From contig NC_047019.1 of assembly GCF_902652985.1 (NCBI RefSeq), forward strand, positions 14,318,097-14,382,096: a stretch of 64,000 nucleotides of DNA, given 5' to 3'. Each line of letters starts with the position of its first letter. Within the stretch, counting starts at the first letter, position 1. Positions 38,892 through 50,450 of this stretch are shown piece after piece. Origin of the DNA: Pecten maximus (Eukaryota). The translations under genes were made by a program, and so were the position numbers. The notes beneath the pieces were generated by a model. That model saw nothing but the letters and a program-made list of their open reading frames with translations. It did not search any database and was not told where the DNA came from.

Positions 38892-39179
38892 TTGAGGTTG
38901 TGATGAACAGATATACTGAGTTGTCTGACAATAATTGATAATGTTTTTCGATATATGACTGCTTACTTCATGTGATCATAGTGAGTGGCGATGTTTTCAG
39001 ACTAAAGACACACTTCAACTACATTTCCCTAGTATGTACTGTGTATAAAGACAGATTTATCTTTTCCCTAGCCAAAATGGAGAAGCCTCCATAGAGAAAT
39101 ATCTATGTATATCACTTCAGGTTATACATTCAATGACCTGTACAGTACCGCGGTAAATACAATGTTGTCTGTTTAACAG

Positions 39180-39276
39180 CTAGGAGGATGGACCAGGAGT
39201 GAGGTGGAGAAAGAACTCTTCATCAATTTGTCTGTCTGTATCAAGGCCTTAAATGCTGCTGGACTGAAGTCACTAG
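39180..39276 (+). CDS. Host gene exon: LGGWTRSEVEKELFINLSVCIKALNAAGLKSL
   Basis: gtttaacag acceptor, GTAAGT donor; in-frame with track ORF 39204. Confidence 0.55.
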
Positions 39277-39690
39277 GTAAGTTGGTGACTTTCCCAACCA
39301 TGTCGGTTTCTATGGGTACTCCTATTTCTCTTCCCAATAACAACAAGCTTTCTTGTGCATTTCACAAAATATGTCGAAAACAATTAATTAACTCCTTTTT
39401 GGTTTAATGTTGGCTTAGGTTCTATATCAACTGATTGATGGAGGAGAGTAATTTGTCATAACACTCCATAGGAAACTCACCCAATTCAACCTGTTTACAC
39501 CATTCAAACAATAACTTAATTTCTTTAAACTGAACCCCCAGTAATTTGGCAGTGAAAAAGTACATGTATAAGGCTCAATTAATTAAAATACTAGATGTGC
39601 ATTATTGAATTCATTGAGCAGGAATCTTACTATAAAATATCAATAGATATATTGCTAGATATTTTACTTTATAAAATATTAATTTTATAG

Positions 39691-39986
39691 GAATGAAGGT
39701 TGCTATGGAAATGGAGAATGTTTTGGTGACGGCGTTTGTTGTCATGTGGATACTCAAGACACTAGCACCAGAGTTATTCCCCCTGAATACTTCCGTGAGG
39801 AGTTGGTCAGACACTGCTGTGGAAGTAGCTGCAGCTGCACTCGAGATTTATGACCACGATCGGTCACTGCTGAACAAAGCCATTAATTACTGTAATCAGA
39901 TAGAGAGGGCCCATCCAGGTGTATCTTCTACCTTGGAACTGGGACCAAACTGGTTTGAAGTGGCATCAAAAATATTGGGGTTTTAG
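39691..39986 (+). CDS. Host gene terminal coding exon ending in TAG: (G)MKVAMEMENVLVTAFVVMWILKTLAPELFPLNTSVRSWSDTAVEVAAAALEIYDHDRSLLNKAINYCNQIERAHPGVSSTLELGPNWFEVASKILGF*
   Basis: ttttatag acceptor; the phase joins exactly to the previous exon (G+GA); track ORF 39693-39986. Confidence 0.6.
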
Positions 39987-40191
39987 CTTCAAATGCATAT
40001 ATTATAAATAGCTGTACATTTACATGTACAAACTTAATACATTATTGTAGTTGGTAGAAAAATAGTTTTCTGTCATATTCAAGAAAACAAGATATTTTGA
40101 GATTATCGTATTTATATGTTACATAAGGTTGATGCATTTTAACAGTTGCAAGGAAACAAAAAACTTTTGTAATGAGATTGATGCAACATTT

Positions 40192-41590
40192 TTAAGGATT
40201 TTTAGGTCACCTGAGACGAAGTCTCAAGTGACCTATTCTAATCGCCTTTTGTCCGTCGTCGTGCGTCGTGCGTCGTCCGTCGTGCGTTCGTAAACTTTTT
40301 ACATTCTCGACTTCTTCTCCAAAACCACTTAACAAAATTCAATGAAATTTGGCAGAAAGTTTCTATGGCTGAAGGTCAACCAAAATTGTGAATTATATGG
40401 TCCCCACCCCCCAGGGGCCTGAGGGGTGGGGCCAAAAAGGGTCAAATTGACTAAAACTTCAAAAATCTTCTTCTCTACTCTCAGATATGGTGGAGTCAAA
40501 CACTCTTTATAGATGAAAGGGTCTTGTGGTGCTTTACCAAAATTGTGAATTGCATGACCCTGGGGTCTCACGTTTGCCCCTGGGGAGGGGGTAAACTTTA
40601 CTATAGTTTATATAGGGAAATCACATTTTTGACTATTATTTGTTTGATTTGTATTGGAATTCATTCTAACTTGTATCAAATTATCGGCATGGGATGACAG
40701 TTTGATGGTATGTACATGTTGGCCCTAATTGACCCCCAGGGGCTGGTGGGCGGGGCCAAAAAGGGTCAAATTGACTAAAATTTCAAAAATCTTCTTCTCT
40801 ACTCTCAGATGTGGTAGAATCAAATACTCTTCCTAGATGGAAGGGTCTTAAGGTGCTTTACCAAAATTGTGAATTTCATGACCCTGGGGTCTCACGTTTG
40901 CCCCTGGGGAGGGGGTAAACTTTAGTATAGTTTATATAGGGAAATCACATTTTTGACTATTATTTGTTGGATTTCTATTGGAATTCATTCTAACTTGGTT
41001 CAAATTATCAGCATGGGATGACAGTTTGATGGTATGTACATGTTGGCCCTGGTTGACCCCCAGGGGCTGGTGGGCGGGGCCAAAAAGGGTCAAATTGACT
41101 GAAATTTCAAAAATCTTCTTCTCTACTCTCAGATATGGTAGAATCAAATACTCTTCATAGATGGAAGGGTCTTAAGGTGCTTTACCAAAATTGTGAATTT
41201 CATGACCCTGGGGTCTCACGTTTGCCCCTGGGGAGGGGGTAAACTTTACTATAGTTTATATAGGGAAATCACATTTTTGACTATTATTTGTTTGATTTCT
41301 ATTGGAATTCATTCTAACTTGGTTCAAATTATCAGCATGGGATGACAGTTTGATGGTATGTACATGTTGGCCCTGGTTGACCCCCAGGGGCTGGTGGGCG
41401 GGGCCAAAAAGGGTCAAATTGACTGAAATTTCCAAAATCGTCTTATCAACTATATGTTAGAATCAAATACTCTTCATAGACTGACCCCATTAGGACTGAT
41501 GGGTGGGGCCAAAAAGGGTCAATTTAGTTGGCCGAAATATTTCAAATCTCAGGTGACCGTTAAGGCCCTTTGGGCCTCTTGTTTCATTTT
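40192..41590 (+). mobile_element. Satellite-carrier element with about 3.3 units of a ~360-bp satellite
   Basis: 5' ttaggtcacctgagacgaagtctcaagtgacct hairpin plus gtccgtcgtcgtgcg repeats; 3' caggtgaccgttaaggccctttgggcctcttgtt; units homologous to 1-470. Confidence 0.55.
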
Positions 41591-41968
41591 AGTGAGACTG
41601 GCAGGAAATGTAATTTTAAAATTAATTGGTTATTCAATTTGTTGGTAAACACTATACATGATACATAGTTTATTTTCCAAAATTGTGCCCACATAGGGGT
41701 ATTATCAAATACATGTACATAATATGAGAGGAAGTATTCAATGGTAAACAAATTAATACAAACTTTAAATATGATAAAACATGCCTCTGATGATTCACTC
41801 CTTGTCATAGGTATAGAATTCCTGCAGACTGAAAGGTCTTCTGAATGCAAATTAATATTTCTGTTTTGTTTATGTTTAATATAATTGTTTTATTTATTGT
41901 TTACTTTTATATTTGATAGAGGAACTCAATTTTATATTTCTAACATACACTCTTACATTGTATATATA

Positions 41969-42116
41969 GAGAATACATGGTCAGTGTCTTAAAATATAAG
42001 CTGTATTTTGGCGAGGGTAAAGAAAGACAAAAGTGGCGAGCCTTGGCGAGCCACTTTTGTCTTTCTGTCCCGAGCCAAAAATACAGCTTATATTTTAAGA
42101 CACTGACCATGTATTC
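41969..42116. repeat. Foldback hairpin with ~72-bp arms and a 4-bp loop
   Basis: gaatacatggtcagtgtcttaaaatataagctgtattttggcgag... mirrored around ttgg; followed by a separate 15-bp inverted pair (tatttatcctgcaac at 42117 and gttgcaggataaata at 42338). Confidence 0.8.
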
Positions 42117-42835
42117 TATTTATCCTGCAACAGACATAAAAATAATCATCAGAAATAATCATTTTGAAGTGAAACGGTGTCAAAAATGACAGAAATATGT
42201 TCGCCTTTTAAACGTAGTTTCATTTTGAAGTAGGTCAGTCGAACTGACGCACGTGCTATGATTCCAAAATACAGCTGTTTTTCGTCACTGCCGTATACAG
42301 CAAAAATATATACGGTGGGTGTATTCCGACAATGCGGTGGCAGTTGCAGGATAAATATACATTTGAATGTCTTAGATTTTATTCACATATATAAAAAAAA
42401 AAATTCGTTCAGGATTTTTTGCAATCAAATTCCTGACATTTTCTGTGGGTTTGAATTGTCTTACAGCTTACATTAAAAGTTAATTGTAAGGTGTATTTCC
42501 TTTTAGTGAAGTGATGAAGTTTTAAATACCATTACTGTATAATATGAAATTGAAAGTTATAGTAATTTATGATGTTAAGTTTTTAATTTGTTGTGTTAAT
42601 TGTGTTGCAGTTTTTCACCCAGTTTAATTCATTAATAATGAAATCAGGTATTTTACTGATTATATTCTAAAAGAATTCACTGTAATTTGATATAATATAT
42701 CATTATCTTGATTACTCTATTTTCCCATAACCACACGTCCAGCTCTCCTTTGTCTAGAATTAGATGGACCACTTTAAAGATACTGGTAAAACATGGTGGT
42801 GAGATGTCTGGAAGTAAAAAATATATAACAATATA

Positions 42836-42866
42836 TGAGCCGCCGGCTGGCATTTAGGTCCTTAAG
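42836..42866. repeat. Left 31-bp terminal inverted repeat
   Basis: Exact reverse complement of 48407-48437. Confidence 0.85.
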
Positions 42867-43289
42867 GCATAAAAAATCAAAATTGAGTTTTTGGTATTTT
42901 CATAATCTAGAGATAATGGCGGTTAAATTGGTGTAAAAATAGCTTTGGTGTGTCAATAACTGACGATTTGACGCTACATTGAATATATGTCGCATTTGGT
43001 ATGCTAGATGACGTTGGCGTTAATAACGACGTCATTTTACCAGTGCCATTTTTGACGTCATTTTTTGCAACGTCATTTATCACAGACAGTTGCATAATGC
43101 TTTGCTGTTACAGGTCTTGAATTGAAGACTGTTATTTTCTAATTGTTATTATATCTATAGTCATTTAAAAAGAAAAAAGTCCTTTTTCAGTTGTAATGAT
43201 TCATTTATTTACAAGGATAAAATTTGTGATTCACATATCAACTTGAACACAAACATGTATCTTGCAATAAACAGGTAACATCCCTTGTA

Positions 43290-43650
43290 ATTACACACAA
43301 AAACAATCAGTCACATCCCTTACACACAAAAACAATCAGTCACATCCCTTACATACAAAAACAATCAGTCACATCCCTTACCTAATACAAAAACAATCAG
43401 TCACATCCCTTACACACAAAAACAATCAGTCACATCCCTTACATACAAAAACAATCAGTCACATCCCTTACATACAAAAACAATCAGTCACATCCCTTAC
43501 CTAATACAAAAACAATCAGTCACATCCCTTACCTAATACAAAAACAATCAGTCACATCCCTTACCTAATACAAAAACAATCAGTCACATCCCTTACCTAA
43601 TACAAAAACAATCAGTCACATCCCTTACCTAATACAAATAACAATCATTT
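43290..43650. repeat. 29-34-bp minisatellite (acaaaaacaatcagtcacatcccttac[ctaat]), about 11 copies, inside the transposon
   Basis: Tandem units. Confidence 0.85.
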
Positions 43651-43872
43651 TATATTTTATTTGGTAGAAACAGATTGCAAAGTGAACTCCAGGACTCCAT
43701 CAGGATTATATTGTTACAATTAATTACATGTAGTGTAAGAAGATAAAACATTTATTTTGAAATTGTATTTAACTGTATCCTAACAAGCAATGCTCATTTC
43801 ATAATATAAAATAAAAGCATGAGTACAGTATTTAAGTTTTCATCAATAACAATTTTGATCTCAACTTTCAGT

Positions 43873-44114
43873 TCATTCTTCTGTGTGGGTGGGTCTAGAG
43901 GTGGGCTGTGGGACAGTGGGCAGGGGACATAGAAGGTCCTTAGACGGATCCTTTACAAAAGGCCTGATATTTTTGTACAGGTACCATGCACGTTCTGCGG
44001 AAAAACCTTTTGCCTCCAGTCTCACTGGCAAACCCTGTGGAATAATCTTTCCCCTCTTCACAAGCCTCACTGGCGTTGTCTCCCCGTCAACACCTTTTTT
44101 AACAGTAACCATTC
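43873..44114 (-). CDS. Transposase-like gene terminal exon: (G)MVTVKKGVDGETTPVRLVKRGKIIPQGLPVRLEAKGFSAERAWYLYKNIRPFVKDPSKDLLCPLPTVPQPTSRPTHTEE*
   Basis: tttctttctttcag acceptor; track ORF 43873-44112; stop TGA. Confidence 0.6.
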
Positions 44115-44379
44115 CTGAAAGAAAGAAACAGGAATGGCATGTTGTAATTGAACTTAGTTTTGAAAGGGATACATGTACACATAAAAATCAAAAAACCTGT
44201 ACAAAACCATTTTATTTTTAAATCGGATAAAAATTCTGCATGCCCCACATACCAAATACATCATTAGAATCAGACTCATAAATCTAGCGGAATTACCCAT
44301 GGAGGTAATTGATAATGAAAGCGCAGTACATTATATAAATTAAATGGATTGAAATATGTAAATATAGCAGTACATGTAC

Positions 44380-44710
44380 CTGAAGTGGTGGAAGCAAAGT
44401 GAAAGTGATGGTATTTCCCAATACCAGGAACCGCTCTAAATACAGGCTTGAAGAATTGTTTCCAGTCTCTCCAGATCCACGAATTTGGTGACATCTCACT
44501 GTATAAATCTGCCTGGTTATGTGTGGATGAAGCATGAATTGTCATCTTCAGGTCAGACAAACTATCCACATCATTGCGTCTGATTTTCCTTCGGGCAATA
44601 CCAAACATCCCATCCACAAGACAACGGGCATGATATGGCTTCATGAAATGTAGATGGATGTCATCATGATATCCATTTGCCACTCTCCAAGCCAGATAGC
44701 TTGTGACAAC
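44380..44710 (-). CDS. Transposase-like gene exon 6: VVTSYLAWRVANGYHDDIHLHFMKPYHARCLVDGMFGIARRK...WIWRDWKQFFKPVFRAVPGIGKYHHFHFASTTS
   Basis: tttttatgattcag acceptor, GTACAT donor; same frame as track ORF 44276-44719. Confidence 0.6.
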
Positions 44711-45144
44711 CTGAATCATAAAAAAATAAAATTAGGTTCATTGTATAAAGCAGTGTAAGAACCTGTATTATTAAGTTTATTATATTACTGGCCTGCTTTC
44801 TACTAGCATGTCAAAAATAAGACACCTGTATATAATAACACTATTGTGACTTCACAATTACAAAATTTTGGAGAAATCGGAGATGAGTGGGTATCAACAT
44901 TCAACAGCTTCAAAAATATGTAACTTATAATGTCATAATGATTATGTAATGCTGAATAATTGTTTCAGTACAAAGAAACATACAGCCTGCTCCTTATATT
45001 TGCATAACTACCAGTTTTGTGATAAACAGAAACTTACACTGCTGACTTTTTTGAATGAATTCAGTTCAACTTGGCAAATGATCTTAACTGATGTGCCACA
45101 CTCCTTTAAGGTGTTTTCTTAACTCAACAACAAATATTCCATAC

Positions 45145-45367
45145 CTGATTCTTATTTTGGCCACCACAATTGTCTGCATTCAAGTACACAGTTTTTTCTC
45201 CTTCCCCATGGTATTCGAAGAAGTGGTGCAACATAGATACAACAGCATTGGCCGAGTGGCTCTGGGCACCATCCAGACCAATGGACTGATCCTCGCCAAA
45301 CAAATAATTTGTTTGCAGGGACCGACCATCATTGCAAATACCAAATAGATTAGCTTTATATGGTGAC
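45145..45367 (-). CDS. Transposase-like gene exon 5: ...GICNDGRSLQTNYLFGEDQSIGLDGAQSHSANAVVSMLHHFFEYHGEGEKTVYLNADNCGGQNKNQ (candidate catalytic Asp block)
   Basis: ttttctttcag acceptor, GTATGG donor; phase-consistent. Confidence 0.6.
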
Positions 45368-45595
45368 CTGAAAGAAAAAGCTGTACAATATCAGAGAAGC
45401 AGTGTTCAAGATCATTTCTTTTAATTTCAATCCGATATTTTTTTATTCTGATATTCAAGATTGAAACTTTACATCTTTAATACATGAATTACATTTTATG
45501 AAATATGATCCAATACTACAGAGATTTAATGGTTTTAAATGTAACCTGTTTTACCTACTGCTTCTCCCTTTTAACAGACTTAAATTGTTTTTTAC

Positions 45596-45846
45596 CTGAA
45601 GTACAAAGCTCCTTCCTGTCTGCAATGACTGGGCAGAAGTACACTTTGAGCATAATCAAATGTGTAGTGGACATCTTTTAGGTCCATGGATGTTGGAGGA
45701 ACAGGAACAGTAGACTTCGGATGACCATGAAGACCTGCAATAGCAGCATGACATTTTTGTCGATAATGGTCTCTCTCCTTTTGGGCTGATGAAATGTGTT
45801 CTGCAAAGTCTGTGCTAGCCTCCATTTTATCTGCCTCAGTGATGGC
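45596..45846 (-). CDS. Transposase-like gene exon 4: ...HYRQKCHAAIAGLHGHPKSTVPVPPTSMDLKDVHYTFDYAQSVLLPSHCRQEGALYF
   Basis: ctag acceptor, GTAAAA donor; same frame as track ORF 45592-45825. Confidence 0.6.
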
Positions 45847-46150
45847 CTAGATACAATATATGTACAAAAATCTTATCTTAACATGTCATCAAAATGTTCT
45901 ATATACATCGTACATACAAAATGTATATAATGAACCGATAAAAATGTATAACAAGATGTTTAAAGCAATAAAAGTTTTCTTTGTTATTTTACTAATAAAT
46001 TCATACCATTATTGTTATGAATGAATATGAATGTAGAATTATTACAATATCACTATCTGTTTATCTAAAATTAGAACTCAAATATATTAAGATATTTTGG
46101 TTTTAATGTCCATGGATATTAAATTAGACTTGTTTTGATTAGGTTCTTAC

Positions 46151-46286
46151 CTTCTGTATCCGATTCCTAAAGGATTCACATTTGTGACATACATCTGTCT
46201 TGCAGGACATGAACTGGATGTGTGGGAGACACTGGTGCCATATTCTTCTGAAAGTGGTCTCAGATAGGCATCGGTTTTCTGTTTCA
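46151..46286 (-). CDS. Transposase-like gene exon 3: Cys/His-rich ETENRCLSETTFRRIWHQCLPHIQFMSCKTDVCHKCESFRNRIQK
   Basis: ttttcaacag acceptor, GTAAGA donor; phase-consistent. Confidence 0.55.
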
Positions 46287-46680
46287 CTGTTGAAAATAGA
46301 TATGTCACTAGATCATAAAATTGGAGGGTGACGATTATAAACAATACTAAAACCAAATAATTCAATGTCATTTCCAAAGTTTGAAATATATTATTTTCAT
46401 TTTAACAAATAATTTGGACAAATTCTAAGATATCTAGTGATGGAAGATAATTTATTAGCAGCTTGTTTGTGTTTATAATTAAAGCATACATAGTTAAAAA
46501 AAATATTCTTATAGCTAAACCAATTTATAAAGGCATTATTTCAAATGTTTTATGATTATAAATTAAATGTATCTGTAGACAATATTTAATTCATAACAGT
46601 GAAAATTGACACTGGTTTATCATGGATTGCTGTATGAATTGATTACCAAGTACTTTTTTCATTATGAGGATAATACTTAC

Positions 46681-46806
46681 ATACATACTTGGCTGTATTT
46701 CTTATGGACAGATAGATAGGTTTCACTTCCAGGTAAATATATTGGTGGAAAGCTGTCCCGTCCACGTGGTGCAGCAGGTTGGGGCAATCCCATCTCATCT
46801 GCATAC
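46681..46806 (-). CDS. Transposase-like gene exon 2: (R)YADEMGLPQPAAPRGRDSFPPIYLPGSETYLSVHKKYSQVC
   Basis: ttatatgttag acceptor, GTAAGT donor; the phase joins exon 1. Confidence 0.6.
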
Positions 46807-47276
46807 CTAACATATAAATGTAACTGCATTAAAAAATAATTAACATCAAAATTCATTTCCAAATACATGTATCTCATTGTGCTGATAGTAAAATATGTAT
46901 AATGGAAATTTCGAAACAGACAAGGTCTGTATCAAACTGTGACCTATTACAATTGAATGTATGTAAATAAATAATATAGCTATTATATATTTCAAAATAC
47001 ATGTACCCGGTATGTTTATATTTAATCAAGGTGACTTGAGATGATTTTTTTAAATTAAGTTTTGCACATGTTAAGTTAAATTACTAACAGTTGTATTATT
47101 TATTTATTTTTCCCCAGCAAAAGAGAACAAAATACAGACTGCACAGATAGTTTGATGTTAATCATGACATGCACGACAAGTATGAATATTCTACATACAG
47201 AACTATGGGTTTCATTTTTATTTTTTTTTTAATGTTAAATACCTGTGTATAAGTACACATACGGCACAGCACTTAC

Positions 47277-48043
47277 CTTGAAATAAACTGGACAACTTGT
47301 TGAACATTATCATAGGTCACTGCATTTTTGGGTTTTTTCCCTGTATTTCCATGTATCCGTGGAACAGCACCATTCTTGACGAAATGGGCCCTGATGTTTT
47401 TCAAGTAATGTGCATTTATGTTATTAACATAAAGGAAACAAGCCTTGCAAACACTTGTGTTCTGGAATTGGTAGTCAAAGCGATGCCGTCTGACGTTAGT
47501 TTGACCATGCATTCCCCTTGTCATGCCACATGCCTGGAGCTGTCCAATAATTAACATGTCCCTGCCATCTCTCTCCATTCCCTGCACATTCAATCTGTTA
47601 TCTTTGATATCCATATTGGGAAATTTGGACAGACACCCCTTCTTACATTTACGCTGTGCGTCACGTTCGTCCGAGTTATTTTCGTCGTCATCATCATCAT
47701 CATCAACCTCGTTGTCATCACTACGTAGTGTGTCTTGATCAGAATCATTTTCTGTGTCCCTTTCAACGTCATTTCTGATAAAAACTCTCATCCGAGTATG
47801 TAGAATCGGCGAATTAATAACGCTAATGCCGTTACTCACATCATCATCATCATTATCACTCTCGATGTCATAGTCAAAATCAACATCTTCATCCTGATTA
47901 CCGGAGACAGAACCCACCTCTTCAGCTGTACCACTGTTTACCCGACTTGTACACGGAAAGAAATGGCTAAAATCATCGTCTATCTCACTTGCTAAATCGC
48001 TATCACATCCGACTACGTTAAAATTTGGCGGAAGAGACATCAT
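47277..48043 (-). CDS. Transposase-like gene exon 1: acidic N-terminus, then a C-x3-C...C-x2-C...AVP THAP-like zinc-finger region (RKCKKGCLSKF...VCKACF...GAVPRIHGNTGKKP)
   Basis: Track ORF 47273-48043; GTAAGT donor immediately after FIS(R); a CCGGAAGT ETS-like motif ~80 bp upstream of the ATG. Confidence 0.7.
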
Positions 48044-48406
48044 ATAAGATTTCTTGATGCGTTAGACCTAAACACTCCCATCTGCCATCTTCGTAGCGAA
48101 TGTAAACAACTACGTAAATACCGGAAGTGTGTTCGGCAGAAAACGGGGAAACCCCATTCGTGTCGATATTTTTGTTGAATAAACACTTTTATTTACATTT
48201 ACCGTTAATGTTATTGAATGGAAAATTAACCGACATATCTAAAGTTTAAGGACAGGTATTTAAAGTTCATCTATAACAAAGTATATCAGCTGCATTTTGT
48301 GTTTTTGCAACGCAAGTGGGATTCCCGTTTTCGCGCGAAACGGAAATAGAATGGAAATAATAACTCTGACGGAATTCCCTTTTTTCTCCGTTTTCATTGG
48401 ATAGAA

Positions 48407-48437
48407 CTTAAGGACCTAAATGCCAGCCGGCGGCTCA
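48407..48437. repeat. Right 31-bp terminal inverted repeat
   Basis: Exact reverse complement of 42836-42866. Confidence 0.85.
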
Positions 48438-50428
48438 ATTATAAACCCTGGTAAATACTAGCAGCGATATACCACCTCACTAGAGAGATTAGTCTTTTCT
48501 TTAGCTCAATGGTTGATGTGTAAGATTATAGTAAGTTTGAGGCATTGGAATAAATGTAAATCATCATGATCCTTTGTGATAGAAGACAATGTTTCAAAAT
48601 TTTAAGACAATTGTTGCTGTAACAATCAATTCTTGACTTCATCACGAAGTTATTATAACAACCCCTGATGTAAATCTACAGCTAGTTTGTATGGTAGAAC
48701 TGGCTTGGAAGCGCATCTTCATGCCTAGCTTGTGTGAACCCCAACACTTTTCATTCAACAAGCCCGATAGTGCATCAGATATTGCAGAGATAAGATTATT
48801 TTAACACTACAACAATTTTTTTTAAATATTCTCTGATGGAATTACAAAGACATTTTACCATTGTCTTCAGTTACAAGAAGGGTGAATGGGCTATTTAGTG
48901 TATTCAGATAAATGAAATTTACTTCAGGACCTTTTATTAAATTGATAACTGTCAGACTGTTAAAACGGTTGAAGGACTTTCAGTAAATTCTGATAGATCA
49001 GACATAGATGTAATGCTTATTGCTATTTTGTTATGTGACTTTCAAAGTTATGCAGGTGAATTTCTTGGCAGATCTTGACTGTGACATAGAAGGTGTTTAC
49101 AATCATCATGATATAGCGCATTTTGTGATTGTAACAGTGAAAATAAGGAAGAAATTTAACTTCCTATGACGGTTATTAAGGTAGGCAAATAAAACGTAGC
49201 TTACAGCGTGTTTGTTTGAACTATTAATATTATCTGTGATAAACCTGAATGTCATGATATGTTGCATTATTATTGCTAACACACTTTTGATTGTACTGTC
49301 GCTTATATATATGTAAACTTTATTGATTTTACAACAATTACGAAACAAAGTTATATTAACTTATATTAATCACACTTGGTGGCCCGGTTGGAAGCGCGCG
49401 AGGGGTCTTACTGTGGGAGGAAACTGAAGTGCCCGGGGAAAACCCACGTGGTCGGGCAGGTGACCCCATACCTTTTCACGTCCGATCGGGGAAATGAACC
49501 AATGTGCCACCCGACCACCCTATGTAGTAACTAAAAAGACACAAAGCAGGCTATTGTTGGTTAGTGACGGCGACGTTTAATATTTATGTATAAAATAACA
49601 TAGGTAAAACTGATATATCACAGATGTCCACTTGTTTCATCATACAGCAATATATCCAATGTACCCACAGGTTAAATGCTAAATGATGTCTGCTGATCAA
49701 ATTTGACTTATGTTTAGCGTAATAGCAATAAGAGTCAATAGGTTGTGATATCAATTTATTTTTGAAATCACAAACGTAGTAGGACCAATAGAATGTCTTT
49801 CAATTCATTTCAAAAAAAGAAAATATATTTATTTTTTGTAATGGAACATTTTTTCCTGGCATATTTTATGGCCTATTGACGGGACTTTAGTCCAATTCGT
49901 TTTTAAGATTTTTTAGATTAACAATGCAGAATTAAAAAATATTGACAACGCCAATTGTACAAACATTGCATTTAACAGTTGAACTGCTAACAGAGATTGC
50001 TGAAATCAAAATGCAATATTTGCTTATTTTGCACTTTTTTCGATATTTGTGTATGTATTAATAAATCAATAAAAACAAAAATTCCTCTTTCTTGTGATTT
50101 GAAATAGTCGACCAATATACTGCATGATTGAATATATATGCTACCATTGAGCTTCAGATCACACAGTACAAGTTCCTCTGTGAGCTCATGTGATGGCAGT
50201 TTTAGGAGGTTACATTTATGTTCACATATATAATGGATAGGTGGAGAACTACGTACAGATATTTCAGGATCGTTTGATTTCAAAACATTTCGTAGTGTCT
50301 GTAAGTTGAGTTAAACATTGGAATTGTCATTTGAATTGACTAATACTCCTAAAAAATAAAGAGTTCTAAATTTGATCTTTGATATATATTTTTTCCATCT
50401 AGAAAAAACAATCGCATTATTGGTGCTC

Positions 50429-50450
50429 GGGGGGGGGGGGGGGGGGGGGG
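50429..50450. repeat. poly(G) homopolymer of about 22 nt
   Basis: Run of G. Confidence 0.9.

Larger units (their letters stand above)
42836..48437 (-). mobile_element. DNA transposon, ~5.6 kb, with perfect 31-bp TIRs (TGAGCCGCCGGCTGGCATTTAGGTCCTTAAG) and a 7-exon transposase-like gene; superfamily unassigned (THAP-like finger, P/hAT-like features)
   Basis: TIRs at 42836-42866 and 48407-48437 in inverted orientation; subterminal acgtcatttt/TGACG repeats at 42950-43080; internal coding exons on the minus strand. Confidence 0.65.

Noticed and set aside
42831-48445. Possible 8-bp TSD (aatatata / attataaa) for the 31-bp-TIR transposon
   Set aside because: Only 6 of 8 positions match and the flanks are AT-rich, so chance cannot be excluded. 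It is mentioned only as weak support.
49380-49560. GC-rich block (ggcccggttggaagcgcgcgagggg...) considered as a tRNA-derived SINE head
   Set aside because: I could not find convincing A- and B-box motifs or a cloverleaf. It is left unannotated.
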